Of a stretch of DNA of 64,000 bases, positions 1 to 8,938 are shown piece by piece. Numbering within the stretch: the stretch's first letter is position 1; every line of letters starts with the position of its first letter. The notes below the pieces were generated by a model that ran no database searches, was not told the origin of the DNA, and saw only the letters and a list, made by a program, of their open reading frames with translations. The DNA comes from Nitrososphaeria archaeon (GTDB lineage Archaea; Thermoproteota; Nitrososphaeria; JACIWG01): assembly GCA_050011875.1 (NCBI GenBank), contig JBEKIG010000013.1, positions 12,394 through 76,393 of the forward strand, given 5' to 3'. Made by a program: the position numbers and the translations under genes.

Positions 1-350
1 GTTATCCATGCAAATGAAACCCAAAAATAAATGTTAACTTAGCTTAGGGACAGAGACTATGTGAAAACTAGTTTCAATTTCAGAAAATTGCTAAGTTTAC
101 GGCTATTATGTAGGGTGTCAGGACGTATTTTTAGATATAAGACGCAATTTCTAAAACTAAATTTGAGTTTTCACACACTCTCGACAAGCCAGCGCGCAGT
201 TCTGAACCGAGAGGTAGCAGAAAATATCAGAAGGCCAAATAAAGCTGTCTCACCAACATTCTTCAAACATAATAAAGGGACAAGGCAGCAAAGAAAAAGC
301 ATAAAAAGCTTTTATACTAAAAAAGACGATAAAAAATAGAGAAAAAAACG

Positions 351-1007
351 ATGACTCTAGAATCAAATAAAACCTTAGGCGGCATAGGTGCAATACTGTT
401 GTTCATCGGACTTGTACCGTATGGTGAACCATTTACAGCAATAATTGCACTTGTGGGTTTGATACTGGTTTTAGTTGCTCTAGATGGTTTTGCAAACATC
501 TACAAGGAAAGAGGAATATTCAACAATTCCATATACGGAATAATCGCAGGCATAGTGGGCGCAGTAATTGCAGGCGTTGTGGCTGTTGTTGTAGTTTTAA
601 CCACGCTAAAAAATTTCCTATACCAAATCTTTCCAGGCTGGAATGGCGACTGGTTAAAGCTTCCAGGATTAACCCCGAACACTTCGAACATAACCGTAAG
701 TGCTGTCTTGCCTTTACTAGAAGGACTACTTTTAGCATTTGTTGTCCTGTGGATTTTCATAATAATTGTAGCTTTCTTTGTCAGACGATCACTAAACATT
801 CTTTCAGCAAAAACAGGCGTAGGTTTATTCTCAACTGCAGCACTGCTGCTATTCATTGGCGCAATTCTAACAATAATTCTCTTAGGCATCCTTCTAATGT
901 GGATCGCTGTAATATTAATTGCAATTGCCTTTTTCCAAATAAAACCGCAACCAGAACAGCCTGTAACAACAATGACACCTCAACCCTCAACGCCGACAAC
1001 GGTGTAA
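351..1007 (+). CDS. DUF996-like multi-pass membrane protein
   Basis: N-terminus MTLESNKTLGGIGAILL, about 6 hydrophobic helices and a Pro/Thr tail resemble the archaeal DUF996 family. Confidence 0.75.
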   Translation: MTLESNKTLGGIGAILLFIGLVPYGEPFTAIIALVGLILVLVALDGFANIYKERGIFNNSIYGIIAGIVGAVIAGVVAVVVVLTTLKNFLYQIFPGWNGDWLKLPGLTPNTSNITVSAVLPLLEGLLLAFVVLWIFIIIVAFFVRRSLNILSAKTGVGLFSTAALLLFIGAILTIILLGILLMWIAVILIAIAFFQIKPQPEQPVTTMTPQPSTPTTV

Positions 1008-1177
1008 AAGCCAACAAACAACTTTTTTTATTTTGCGTTCTTACAGCAAATGCGATTGCATAGCAATATAGCTCATAAATCTATCCATATATTAAAAAAC
1101 ATGGTGATATTTTAGTGTAAACAAATTCTTGAAGCTAAAAAAATGGGAACTCATCTTTGGAACAGGCAAGATAAGTC

Positions 1178-1951
1178 TTATTGTGTACCAACTACGTTGA
1201 CCGTTGTCTTTATCGTAAGGTTTTCGCCTGTAACTCCGATTATTAGTGTGTACGTTCCAGGTGTTATGTTTACGTTAAAATGTGTGTCTGTTGCTGCTTG
1301 CCAGTAGAGAGTACCTATCTGTCCCTGAAGACCAGGCTGAGGCGTTTGGGTCGAGTGCCCAAGCTGATACGCTAACCCCTTGACCTGCTGGTTTTGGGAA
1401 TTAAAAACATCCAACTCCACGTACGAGGCGTTGACCTCCTGTGCCCCTGTCAGATTGAAGCGTACCCCAAGGTAACCGTTAGGATTCACAGACGTACCTG
1501 AAAGTGTAACCTCCAGTTTCAGCCCTGAGGTTTCGTTGGTCAGCGTTGGACCGAGGAACTCGGCGGGTGGCGAAGTTGTAGTGGTCGTCGAAGTAGTCGT
1601 GGATGAAGGGGTTGGAGTTGAGCCGTAAACATAGGGCAGAACCATTACGGTTGCTATCACGAGAACCGCCAGTACTATTACGACCGTGAGAATTATTGCA
1701 TTTTTTGAGTTTTTCTTGTTACCAATAAGAACAAACTCGTAAGCGGACAGGGAGCCGAAGGTTAGAGTAAGCACTACAAAAGTAGCCAACAACACGTTTA
1801 GATTTATAGGGGACATAATGCTTGGGTTCTTTATACTTGGGTTCTTTAGGTGTTGAATTAGAGAGAATTCAGAGAATGATATGGAGTCGAATATTATCGT
1901 CAACACTGCAAAGGTCACCAACAACATGTTTCTTGTCTTCGAAGATGGCAT
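1178..1951 (-). CDS. Membrane-anchored surface protein with Thr linker and C-terminal Ig-like domain
   Basis: Three N-terminal hydrophobic segments (first two are an internal repeat), a TTTSTTTTTS stalk and a beta-rich C-terminus ending ITPGTYTL. It lies 4 bp downstream of the wHTH gene. Confidence 0.65.
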   Translation of the reverse strand: MPSSKTRNMLLVTFAVLTIIFDSISFSEFSLIQHLKNPSIKNPSIMSPINLNVLLATFVVLTLTFGSLSAYEFVLIGNKKNSKNAIILTVVIVLAVLVIATVMVLPYVYGSTPTPSSTTTSTTTTTSPPAEFLGPTLTNETSGLKLEVTLSGTSVNPNGYLGVRFNLTGAQEVNASYVELDVFNSQNQQVKGLAYQLGHSTQTPQPGLQGQIGTLYWQAATDTHFNVNITPGTYTLIIGVTGENLTIKTTVNVVGTQ

Positions 1952-1955
1952 TATC

Positions 1956-2378
1956 TTACATCTTCTTCAGCGCTCTAATCACTTCATACAGTGATGTTGC
2001 AACCCCTACCAAGCACACCGCTAAAGCGAAACCATATGTGGACGTTATCTGAGGCGGCCTCAGATAGGTTAACAGAATCAGAAATGCTACAGCGAAGAAC
2101 GCCATGTACGCCGTCTGGAATGGTATAAGCGTCCTCCTCACCCTGACTATGTTCTCAAAAACAACCTTATCCACCACATAGCCTTTGTCCTGTTCTCTGA
2201 TGAGCCCAGCCTCGAGAAGCTTGTTGACGTGATATGATGCAACGGACGAGGAGCCGAACCCAAGGCCCTCCTGCACGCCACTGATACCTACAGGCTTTCC
2301 CTCCTTGAATATGAAACGGTAAACTCTGAGAGTAGTACCCCTCAAAACCTTTGCTTCATCCTCTTCCTTCGCAGCCAA
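1956..2378 (-). CDS. Membrane-tethered winged-helix transcriptional regulator (copy 1)
   Basis: N-terminal wHTH (GTTLRVY...VQEGLGFGSSSVASYHVNKLLEAGLI) plus two C-terminal TM helices. Close paralog at 43616-44038. Confidence 0.8.
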   Translation of the reverse strand: MAAKEEDEAKVLRGTTLRVYRFIFKEGKPVGISGVQEGLGFGSSSVASYHVNKLLEAGLIREQDKGYVVDKVVFENIVRVRRTLIPFQTAYMAFFAVAFLILLTYLRPPQITSTYGFALAVCLVGVATSLYEVIRALKKM

Positions 2379-2425
2379 CAGTCTTCAACCTTATGATAAA
2401 CGATAACATATTAAGTCTTACCAAA

Positions 2426-2499
2426 TTCTAAAATTAGAAGAACGCTTTCTAAAATTAGAAAACTGCGCTTTCCCGTCTTTCTATTAATAGCGCTATATC
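2426..2499 (+). promoter_or_regulatory. Operator array and TATA-like box, module 1
   Basis: TTCTAAAATTAGAA at 2426-2439 and 2447-2460, TTCTATTAATAGCG at 2479-2492, CTATATC at 2493-2499. Confidence 0.8.
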
Positions 2500-2529
2500 C
2501 AGGTTTATGCGTACTGGCTGACGAGCACA

Positions 2530-3363
2530 ATGTCGGAATATAAAAGGCAGATAGTTGTAGGAGTTTTCGTAGCTGCTGTAATAGCGTTGGTTCTAGCAGG
2601 AGGAGCAATCTACCTCCTTCCACTGCAACCCATGCGGACGACATCCACAACACTTATCACTCCTACAACTACAGCTACAGGCACAGCTACAACAACTGCT
2701 ACAGGAACTTACAGTAGTACATCTACGTTTGGTGGTTCACCTACTACTACACCGTCAACTTCGTCTGGTACGACGATTACTCTCGGTCCCCCTTATACAT
2801 CTGTTACAACTATTACTACTGCAGGTACGACTACACCTATTACAATTACGTTCACTCCTACGATTACATCTATTACATCTACAGCTGGAACAGCTACTAC
2901 AAGTGGTTCTACGACTATAACGTCCGGACCTACTGTAACTGTTACTGTGACAGAAATATTAGGTACTGTGGTATCGCCTGGAACTACTGAAACAGTTACT
3001 GTGACAGAACAAGTTGGCACTGCGACTGAGACCGTGACAACAACTGAGACACAAGGTTTAACGACAACTGTAACATCAACCACAACAGTAACAAGTGTAG
3101 GAGGGCTTGAAATAACAAACGCCTATGCTAATAGCACGACTCAGGTGGTTGTAAGCGTCATGAACACAGGGAGCACAGACCAGACCATTACAGGCATACT
3201 CGTAAACGGAAAATCTCTTTCAAGCGTGAACGGTGGCACTTCAAACCCAAGCCTACCTATCAAGGTGGCAGCGAATGCATCGCTAACCATCAACCTAACC
3301 TTCAGCTCTCCACTATCATCGAACACAATATATTTCGTAACAATTCAAACCAGCACAAGTTGA
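2530..3363 (+). CDS. Thr-rich stalked surface protein with C-terminal archaeal pilin/Ig-like domain (copy 1)
   Basis: MSEYKRQI plus TM anchor, long Thr/Ser low-complexity region, C-terminal NTGSTDQTITGILVNG domain. Paralog at 44171-44848. Confidence 0.75.
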   Translation: MSEYKRQIVVGVFVAAVIALVLAGGAIYLLPLQPMRTTSTTLITPTTTATGTATTTATGTYSSTSTFGGSPTTTPSTSSGTTITLGPPYTSVTTITTAGTTTPITITFTPTITSITSTAGTATTSGSTTITSGPTVTVTVTEILGTVVSPGTTETVTVTEQVGTATETVTTTETQGLTTTVTSTTTVTSVGGLEITNAYANSTTQVVVSVMNTGSTDQTITGILVNGKSLSSVNGGTSNPSLPIKVAANASLTINLTFSSPLSSNTIYFVTIQTSTS

Positions 3364-4292
3364 TCCAAAGGAGTAATGATACGATCAAACAATCGGTCGA
3401 TAAAAGCTCCTATAAGATAGCTTTTGTCGCCCTTATAGTTACAGCTGCAGTTGTTGGAAGTACTATCTACTCTAACCCAACATTATTCAAAAGTTCAACA
3501 ATCACTTCAACAATGACTACAACGACAACGAAAACTCAGTATATAACTACCGATAAGAATGTGTATAATGTTGGTGATACTTGTCATTGGACGGCAACAG
3601 GTCTGATTTCAGGCACAACCTATTCGATTTACTGGTCTGAATATTTTTCAAACTCCCAAAGTTACTACTCTCTTAGCACTTGGAATGCTACCTCATCTTC
3701 GATGATAGGTACTTTTACTGTTACAAACGACATGCAAGGAGGCGGAGATCTAATATTAAACGAAGGTTATGGAGCTTCTCCAGACGCAAACATCGTTATT
3801 TGGATTAACTCGCTATCATCAACAACTTCTATATCTACCATTCCGATAACAACTACAACAGGAACAACTACTTCTAATATTACTTCCGGAACCAATACTA
3901 CGACAACCGTAATTTCAGTGCTGAATGTGTCCAGCTTAATCTCATCCGATGAATCGTTAAACGCTGTGATGGAGTTCCAGGGATGGAACGCTACCCAAAT
4001 GGCATCCTATGGAGTTTATACACAGCTTAGATACCTGAAAGAAGAAAATGGATGGCTCAACATATACACGGTCGACCCTAATACGACTAAAATATTGAGT
4101 TTGGAAGCGAGCGAATCTCTTCAGATTCCTGACCCCACAGTAAAACTGCCGGGGTACTTTTGGTTCATAGACATTAACGCAGATGTAAAAACAGTTGCAC
4201 CAGGCAACTTTCCAGAGGCAGGTACATATTACGACTTCTGGGTAGACGCCGTTAACGCCACAGTAGTGTACTCAGAAGGGCCGGTCCCGTAG
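3360..4292 (+). CDS. Membrane-anchored surface protein with two beta-rich domains and Thr linkers
   Basis: TTG start overlaps the upstream stop. TM helix, Thr tracts and many N-x-S/T sequons. Confidence 0.65.
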   Translation: MIQRSNDTIKQSVDKSSYKIAFVALIVTAAVVGSTIYSNPTLFKSSTITSTMTTTTTKTQYITTDKNVYNVGDTCHWTATGLISGTTYSIYWSEYFSNSQSYYSLSTWNATSSSMIGTFTVTNDMQGGGDLILNEGYGASPDANIVIWINSLSSTTSISTIPITTTTGTTTSNITSGTNTTTTVISVLNVSSLISSDESLNAVMEFQGWNATQMASYGVYTQLRYLKEENGWLNIYTVDPNTTKILSLEASESLQIPDPTVKLPGYFWFIDINADVKTVAPGNFPEAGTYYDFWVDAVNATVVYSEGPVP

Positions 4293-4679
4293 TATAAATG
4301 TAATCAAAGATAAAGGATAGAAAAAAGTACTTCTTTCTGCCTCCATTTTTACACCCTTCTAAAGATGCGACACGAACAGAGACTAAAGGTTTCCAATTAA
4401 AAACTAATCTAACTCCCTTTTTTCGGGAGCATGCCAAAAATAATACATGTTATCATGCCACTAATCTTGGAAATTGTCAAAACAATAAAAAAGATTTAGA
4501 ACTAAGCCAAATGCATTTATTAATAAGATGGATAATTATTATTTTTAAAACATTTCTTTTAATAATTTATTCAATATCTAAAAGCTCGATATTAATAACA
4601 ATATATCTGAATTTTGTTAATATTGGTTATATTAACCAGAAAACTTAATAACTTTCTACCCATATCTAATACAGTTTAA

Positions 4680-5144
4680 TTGAATAATCAAACATTAAGG
4701 AGTGCCAGAACTTATGCTTTCATCGGGTTCATATTTTACCTGCTAGCTACCGCAGCTGGTTTCATAGGCTTATTCGTCATTGGCTTATTTATCTACGTAC
4801 CTATAGCCTTGCCCTACATCTTGATAGCTATAGTCTTCTTGCTGCTGTCCATCCCAGGAATAATACTGACGATTTTTGCATGGATGACGGTGAAAAATAT
4901 TGAAGTGGGGAAATATGTTCAAGCGCGCACCTACAGCCTAATACTCGGAATAATAGGTCTATTCTTCGGCGCCATAATCGGCGGCATCTTCTTCCTTCTC
5001 GCCTACGCAAACCTAGGTGAATCGATGACACCTCCGATGGCGGTCCAACCTTTACCTCAGAGATTCTGCGTAAACTGCGGCAGAGCTGTAGTAGCCCCTA
5101 ACACAAAATATTGCGCCTACTGTGGAAAAGAGCTGCCTCCATAG
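4680..5144 (+). CDS. Membrane protein with C-terminal zinc ribbon
   Basis: 3-4 TM helices, then CVNCG...CAYCG. Confidence 0.75.
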   Translation: MNNQTLRSARTYAFIGFIFYLLATAAGFIGLFVIGLFIYVPIALPYILIAIVFLLLSIPGIILTIFAWMTVKNIEVGKYVQARTYSLILGIIGLFFGAIIGGIFFLLAYANLGESMTPPMAVQPLPQRFCVNCGRAVVAPNTKYCAYCGKELPP

Positions 5145-5446
5145 AGAAGCCTGCAATTTAAAACGCCTGGAGGCGACCTAATGAACTTCCACTCATCTTG
5201 TGCATCAGACGGAATATCTTATGCTGTGCTTGGTAGAGATACGATATTTTTGAAATATGATGTGACATTTAGAGAACATATGGAACAAATTGTTTTTAAA
5301 TCTTGTAAGACAAATGAAAATACATTTAATCGCAGTGTTTTTAAAAGGAAATGAAACGTTAAATTTGTTGTTCGACAATTAAATCCTAAAAGAAACCTAA
5401 CCGATGCAGGAAAAAGCAGGACGATTGAGGGATGCGGAAGGTTAAC

Positions 5447-5947
5447 TCAAGGATTGCCAACATTCCGCCGTGATGACATCCTCTTGGCGATCCACCTAAT
5501 GAGTAGCATGGACGCTCCCATGAACAGCGAAATAAAAGATCCCTGCCCTATGGAGTAGCCAAGAGACTGGCCAAGGTAAAGGTATGAAACCACTCCGAAA
5601 GAAATGAAGGCAGATATCATCCAGATCAGGATGAACACGTTGGAGATGGAGTTGGCGACCCCAGTCTTCCTCTGACCCGCTTGGTCTCTAGCAGCTGCAC
5701 TCGTCTCTATGATTCGGACCGCCACCAAGGCTTCCTTCCCTTCATCGGAAAGCCGATAGTTCCCTTCAGGATCGAGGACAATCAACCCTTCCAGTTTCTT
5801 CAGGTGGTAGTCCAGGTTGCCGCTGCTTGAGATTCCCAGCTTATTCTTCAGCTTTCCAAAGCTCAGGGGAGTGGACTCAAGAACTTCCAGAACCCTGATT
5901 CGCGTAGGATGAGCGATCTTCTCAAAGAGCTCGGCTGAGCTGGACAT
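5447..5947 (-). CDS. ArsR-like wHTH regulator with two C-terminal TM helices
   Basis: LFEKIAHPTRIRVL...GISSSGNLDYHLKKL...YRLSDEG followed by two hydrophobic helices. Confidence 0.8.
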   Translation of the reverse strand: MSSSAELFEKIAHPTRIRVLEVLESTPLSFGKLKNKLGISSSGNLDYHLKKLEGLIVLDPEGNYRLSDEGKEALVAVRIIETSAAARDQAGQRKTGVANSISNVFILIWMISAFISFGVVSYLYLGQSLGYSIGQGSFISLFMGASMLLIRWIAKRMSSRRNVGNP

Positions 5948-6162
5948 TGCCTCTCGGGGTGCTCTACGGTCCGAAGCTATTTAATTCCTCCATCCTTGAC
6001 CAGAAGTCAACAGTTCGAGACGAGTGATTGGAATCGTTTAGAGTTTCGAATATCTTTTGCTGCTGGAGAATTGCGAACATAGCAACCATATATTAGTTCT
6101 CTTTACTGATATTGGGATTATGGGGCTTTTCAACTTTTATTTCTAGACTTGTCAGAGGGCGA

Positions 6163-6477
6163 TCATGGTGCGTGAGAAGGTCGGTGTAATTCTGCAATCC
6201 TGCCCCCGTTAAGAAGCAACCAGTATCCTAAAACCACATACAGCATACCAACGAATGGGAAAAAAACTGCTATCAAAAACAATGTTAGCCTAGATACAGT
6301 AAAAATAAGGAGAACTAAAAATGGCAATAGAAGAAATGTATCTAATAAGCTATTTTGCATAAAAGGATACCATATTTGTCTTTCGGCAAAAAAAGAGAGA
6401 ATAAAAATCACTCCAAAGACACCGGAAACCATAAAGTAAACACCAACAAGTCTTAATGCTAAGCTTGTTACGCTCAT
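6163..6477 (-). CDS. Hypothetical membrane protein
   Basis: 104-aa hydrophobic ORF, start uncertain. Confidence 0.4.
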   Translation of the reverse strand: MSVTSLALRLVGVYFMVSGVFGVIFILSFFAERQIWYPFMQNSLLDTFLLLPFLVLLIFTVSRLTLFLIAVFFPFVGMLYVVLGYWLLLNGGRIAELHRPSHAP

Positions 6478-6722
6478 CTACTTTTTACACCCCTTTTACT
6501 TGCCATTTTAATACCGCCAACCTTTTATTAAAAGTTAATTTGGTCCACATTCAAATCCAACTGACTTATCCGCATTTACATTCACATTCGAATTCAAAGC
6601 TTGCTCCCAGTGTGTTTAGGTTTGGGATTAAATTTTAATTTCCTTTCCTTCCTACTACTTAGATTAACCACATAAAGATAAATAGAAAGACATCACATCC
6701 ACAATAATCTAGCTTAGAGAGG

Positions 6723-6926
6723 TCACTTCTTTTCGTTTAGATGCACCGTAGAGATCCCTGTAAGCAAGAAAAGCCAACAATACATCAAGCTCAAATAAAT
6801 TATAAACCATGAGTTTTGTCTAATTATGTCGCTTAATGATGCCCCAAGACTACCCACAGCAATAGCAGTCATGACCCATAGTATTGTGGTTCGTGAATTA
6901 ACCCATCGTCTGTCAAGTTTTACCAT
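6723..6926 (-). CDS. Small two-TM hypothetical protein
   Basis: ATG start with a TATA-like TTTAAATA upstream, two hydrophobic helices. Confidence 0.45.
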   Translation of the reverse strand: MVKLDRRWVNSRTTILWVMTAIAVGSLGASLSDIIRQNSWFIIYLSLMYCWLFLLTGISTVHLNEKK

Positions 6927-7150
6927 AATAAATAATCAGAGCTCGATTTTATTTAAATCTTCTTTCCTAGACCAATTATCTTGATCTGTCTAGAATATTG
7001 GACTTCAATCAATTCATTACTTGGTTCCCTTCCAGCCATGTCCTTGCCCTTAGTAGCTAATTTTATTTCCTTCAAACACCTGGAAAGGTCGTCTGCCTAG
7101 TTAGAATTATTACCTTCATAGATCTCGGACTTCTCCGACCAGTGGCACAC

Positions 7151-7912
7151 CTACCGAATAACAAGGTCCAGTCCGGTCACCCCGACCCCCTCACGGACGG
7201 TCTGGTTGGTGGCGAAGTAATAGTCTGTCGTGCCGTCAGCGTACTGCCAGAAGACCTTGACTTGGTAATCCATCATGTTAGGAAGTCTTATGGAGAAAGT
7301 GGTGTTCTGCACTGCGGCCTCGAACGTTTCGCCATCTGAGGCCGTGTACACGACCTTGACCGGGGTCGCTGAAGTAATCGACTGCAGAATCGTCCCCTCG
7401 ACTGCAAGGATGGTGGGCGGGGTCTCGACCTGAAGGTTGTACGACATGGCGCCCATCGAGCCTGCCGACATGTTGACCGTCAGGTCTCCTCTGTCAACGT
7501 CGCCTGTCTGCCACGAGTAGTTCCCCGCCCATCGCGCGACTACATCGTAGACTTCTCCGTTGGGGAGGTCAATGGAGAACTTCCCGTTCGAGACGGGGGC
7601 GGTAAGATTCACGCCGGTGTTGACGTTTGTGAACATCAAGGCAACCAAGTGGGTTCCCTGACCTACGGTGGATACGAGCCCGAAGACATTGACCGTCGCA
7701 GGCGTCGGAAGCGGAGAAGTGGTCTGTGTGGTCCGAGTCCCTAAGTATCCCGTAACATCTAGGTAGAGCCCCGCACCCAACGCTGCTGCGACGATAAGTA
7801 TCGCGAGGAGTGCCATCGCCATGGCCTTTCCAAGTGCCACGGGTTCGTGTGCTAACTCTGGTTCGTGAGCTCGTTGTTGTCTTTCTTTAACATTCGATTG
7901 GGGCATTGACAA
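7151..7912 (-). CDS. Membrane-anchored protein with two carboxypeptidase-regulatory/prealbumin-like beta domains
   Basis: TM helix, T/P linker and an internal duplication (FSIDLPNGEVYDV / FSIRLPNMMDYQV). Visibly GC-richer than its flanks. Confidence 0.6.
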   Translation of the reverse strand: MSMPQSNVKERQQRAHEPELAHEPVALGKAMAMALLAILIVAAALGAGLYLDVTGYLGTRTTQTTSPLPTPATVNVFGLVSTVGQGTHLVALMFTNVNTGVNLTAPVSNGKFSIDLPNGEVYDVVARWAGNYSWQTGDVDRGDLTVNMSAGSMGAMSYNLQVETPPTILAVEGTILQSITSATPVKVVYTASDGETFEAAVQNTTFSIRLPNMMDYQVKVFWQYADGTTDYYFATNQTVREGVGVTGLDLVIR

Positions 7913-8026
7913 TCAAGTCCTCCTTTACCTGATGTAAGCAAAAGACGCCGATTTATGCATTGGGGACGGTTCTCAATCCTGAGAATTAGGCTATCAGGGA
8001 CCGTACCGGTGGTTTTCTGACCCTAA

Positions 8027-8224
8027 TTAAGTGCAGATACCTTTAGTCCGTTGGTGCTCTGTAATAGATAGACCTTCTATGCCGCATACTTTCCTAAGTC
8101 GCGGATCTTTCCACATTTGTCTAATAAGCATGCGGTCACTGGGAACGTGCTTTAGTCGCCTTACAAGATGCGCTTTGAACAATCCAAGAGGGTTTCTTTG
8201 GGGTCTTCTTGCATATTTTAGATA
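8027..8224 (-). mobile_element. Transposase N-terminal remnant (IS5/IS1182-like, DUF772-type domain)
   Basis: Minus strand translates to YARRPQRNPLGLFKAHLVRRLKHVPSDRMLIRQMWKDPRLRKVCGI. No start codon or DDE domain. Confidence 0.6.
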
Positions 8225-8337
8225 AATTCCCTTTCTATTTCAATGCTGATCAAGATACAACTTAGCAATTATGAATATGTCGGTCAACAATATAAGACAA
8301 TACTTGTAAAATATGATCTCTAGGTAATATTAATCAA

Positions 8338-8838
8338 ATGACATCAGCGGAGATAATCGCAGTTTTGTCTTCTGCGTTAGCGATAGGTTTAGTAATTTAC
8401 TGGTATACGATGGGTGGAGAAAAAGAGAAGGAATCAAAAACAAGCGTTGCTGTAACTGAAATAAAGTATCCGATGGCCCAGGGCAGTGCCTTTGTTGAAG
8501 AAAAACCTGCGTTCTCAAACCAAGAGATAACAAATCAACCTACAGCAAGCGCTCCAATAGAAGACCCTCTTCATGCAGTTGCATCAGAAAACATCAAAAT
8601 TGAAGCCGAATATATTCAGCCAGAAACCTCACGAGCGATCGTTAAGGTAGAGCCTATTGCGGGAAAAGAATCAGAGCCTGCAAAACTGCCTGAAAATGTT
8701 CAGGAAATAGCTAAGGCACCTAAAGCCAAAGACGAGAACATAGCCAGTGGGGTACGAGCAAAAAGCACCGGCAGAAGGAGAGCCGGGGGTACCAGAAGAA
8801 AAAAAGCAGCTAGGCTGGAAACTAAAGCGCCACAATAA
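8338..8838 (+). CDS. Single-TM protein with a disordered charged tail
   Basis: N-terminal TM, E/P/K-rich body, basic C-terminus. Confidence 0.55.
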   Translation: MTSAEIIAVLSSALAIGLVIYWYTMGGEKEKESKTSVAVTEIKYPMAQGSAFVEEKPAFSNQEITNQPTASAPIEDPLHAVASENIKIEAEYIQPETSRAIVKVEPIAGKESEPAKLPENVQEIAKAPKAKDENIASGVRAKSTGRRRAGGTRRKKAARLETKAPQ

Positions 8839-8938
8839 CAAAGAATCTTAGATTAATAGCTTCCTCTTAGATACAACCTTCGATACGTATACCTCAGAAA
8901 TGTAATAGACCTTGCTATGTCTTGAGAACTGCGATTGA

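Noticed and set aside
61-339. 92-aa ORF at the window start
   Set aside because: No motif and lies in promoter-like AT-rich DNA.
2793-3083. Val-rich antisense ORFs (also 32023-32268, 44368-44625, 59994-60236)
   Set aside because: These are mirror images of Thr codon runs on the coding strand.
5395-5447. Integron attC-like site (ACCTAAC...GTTAAC)
   Set aside because: The R' box does not fit GTTRRRY, there is no convincing hairpin, and the window has no integrase.
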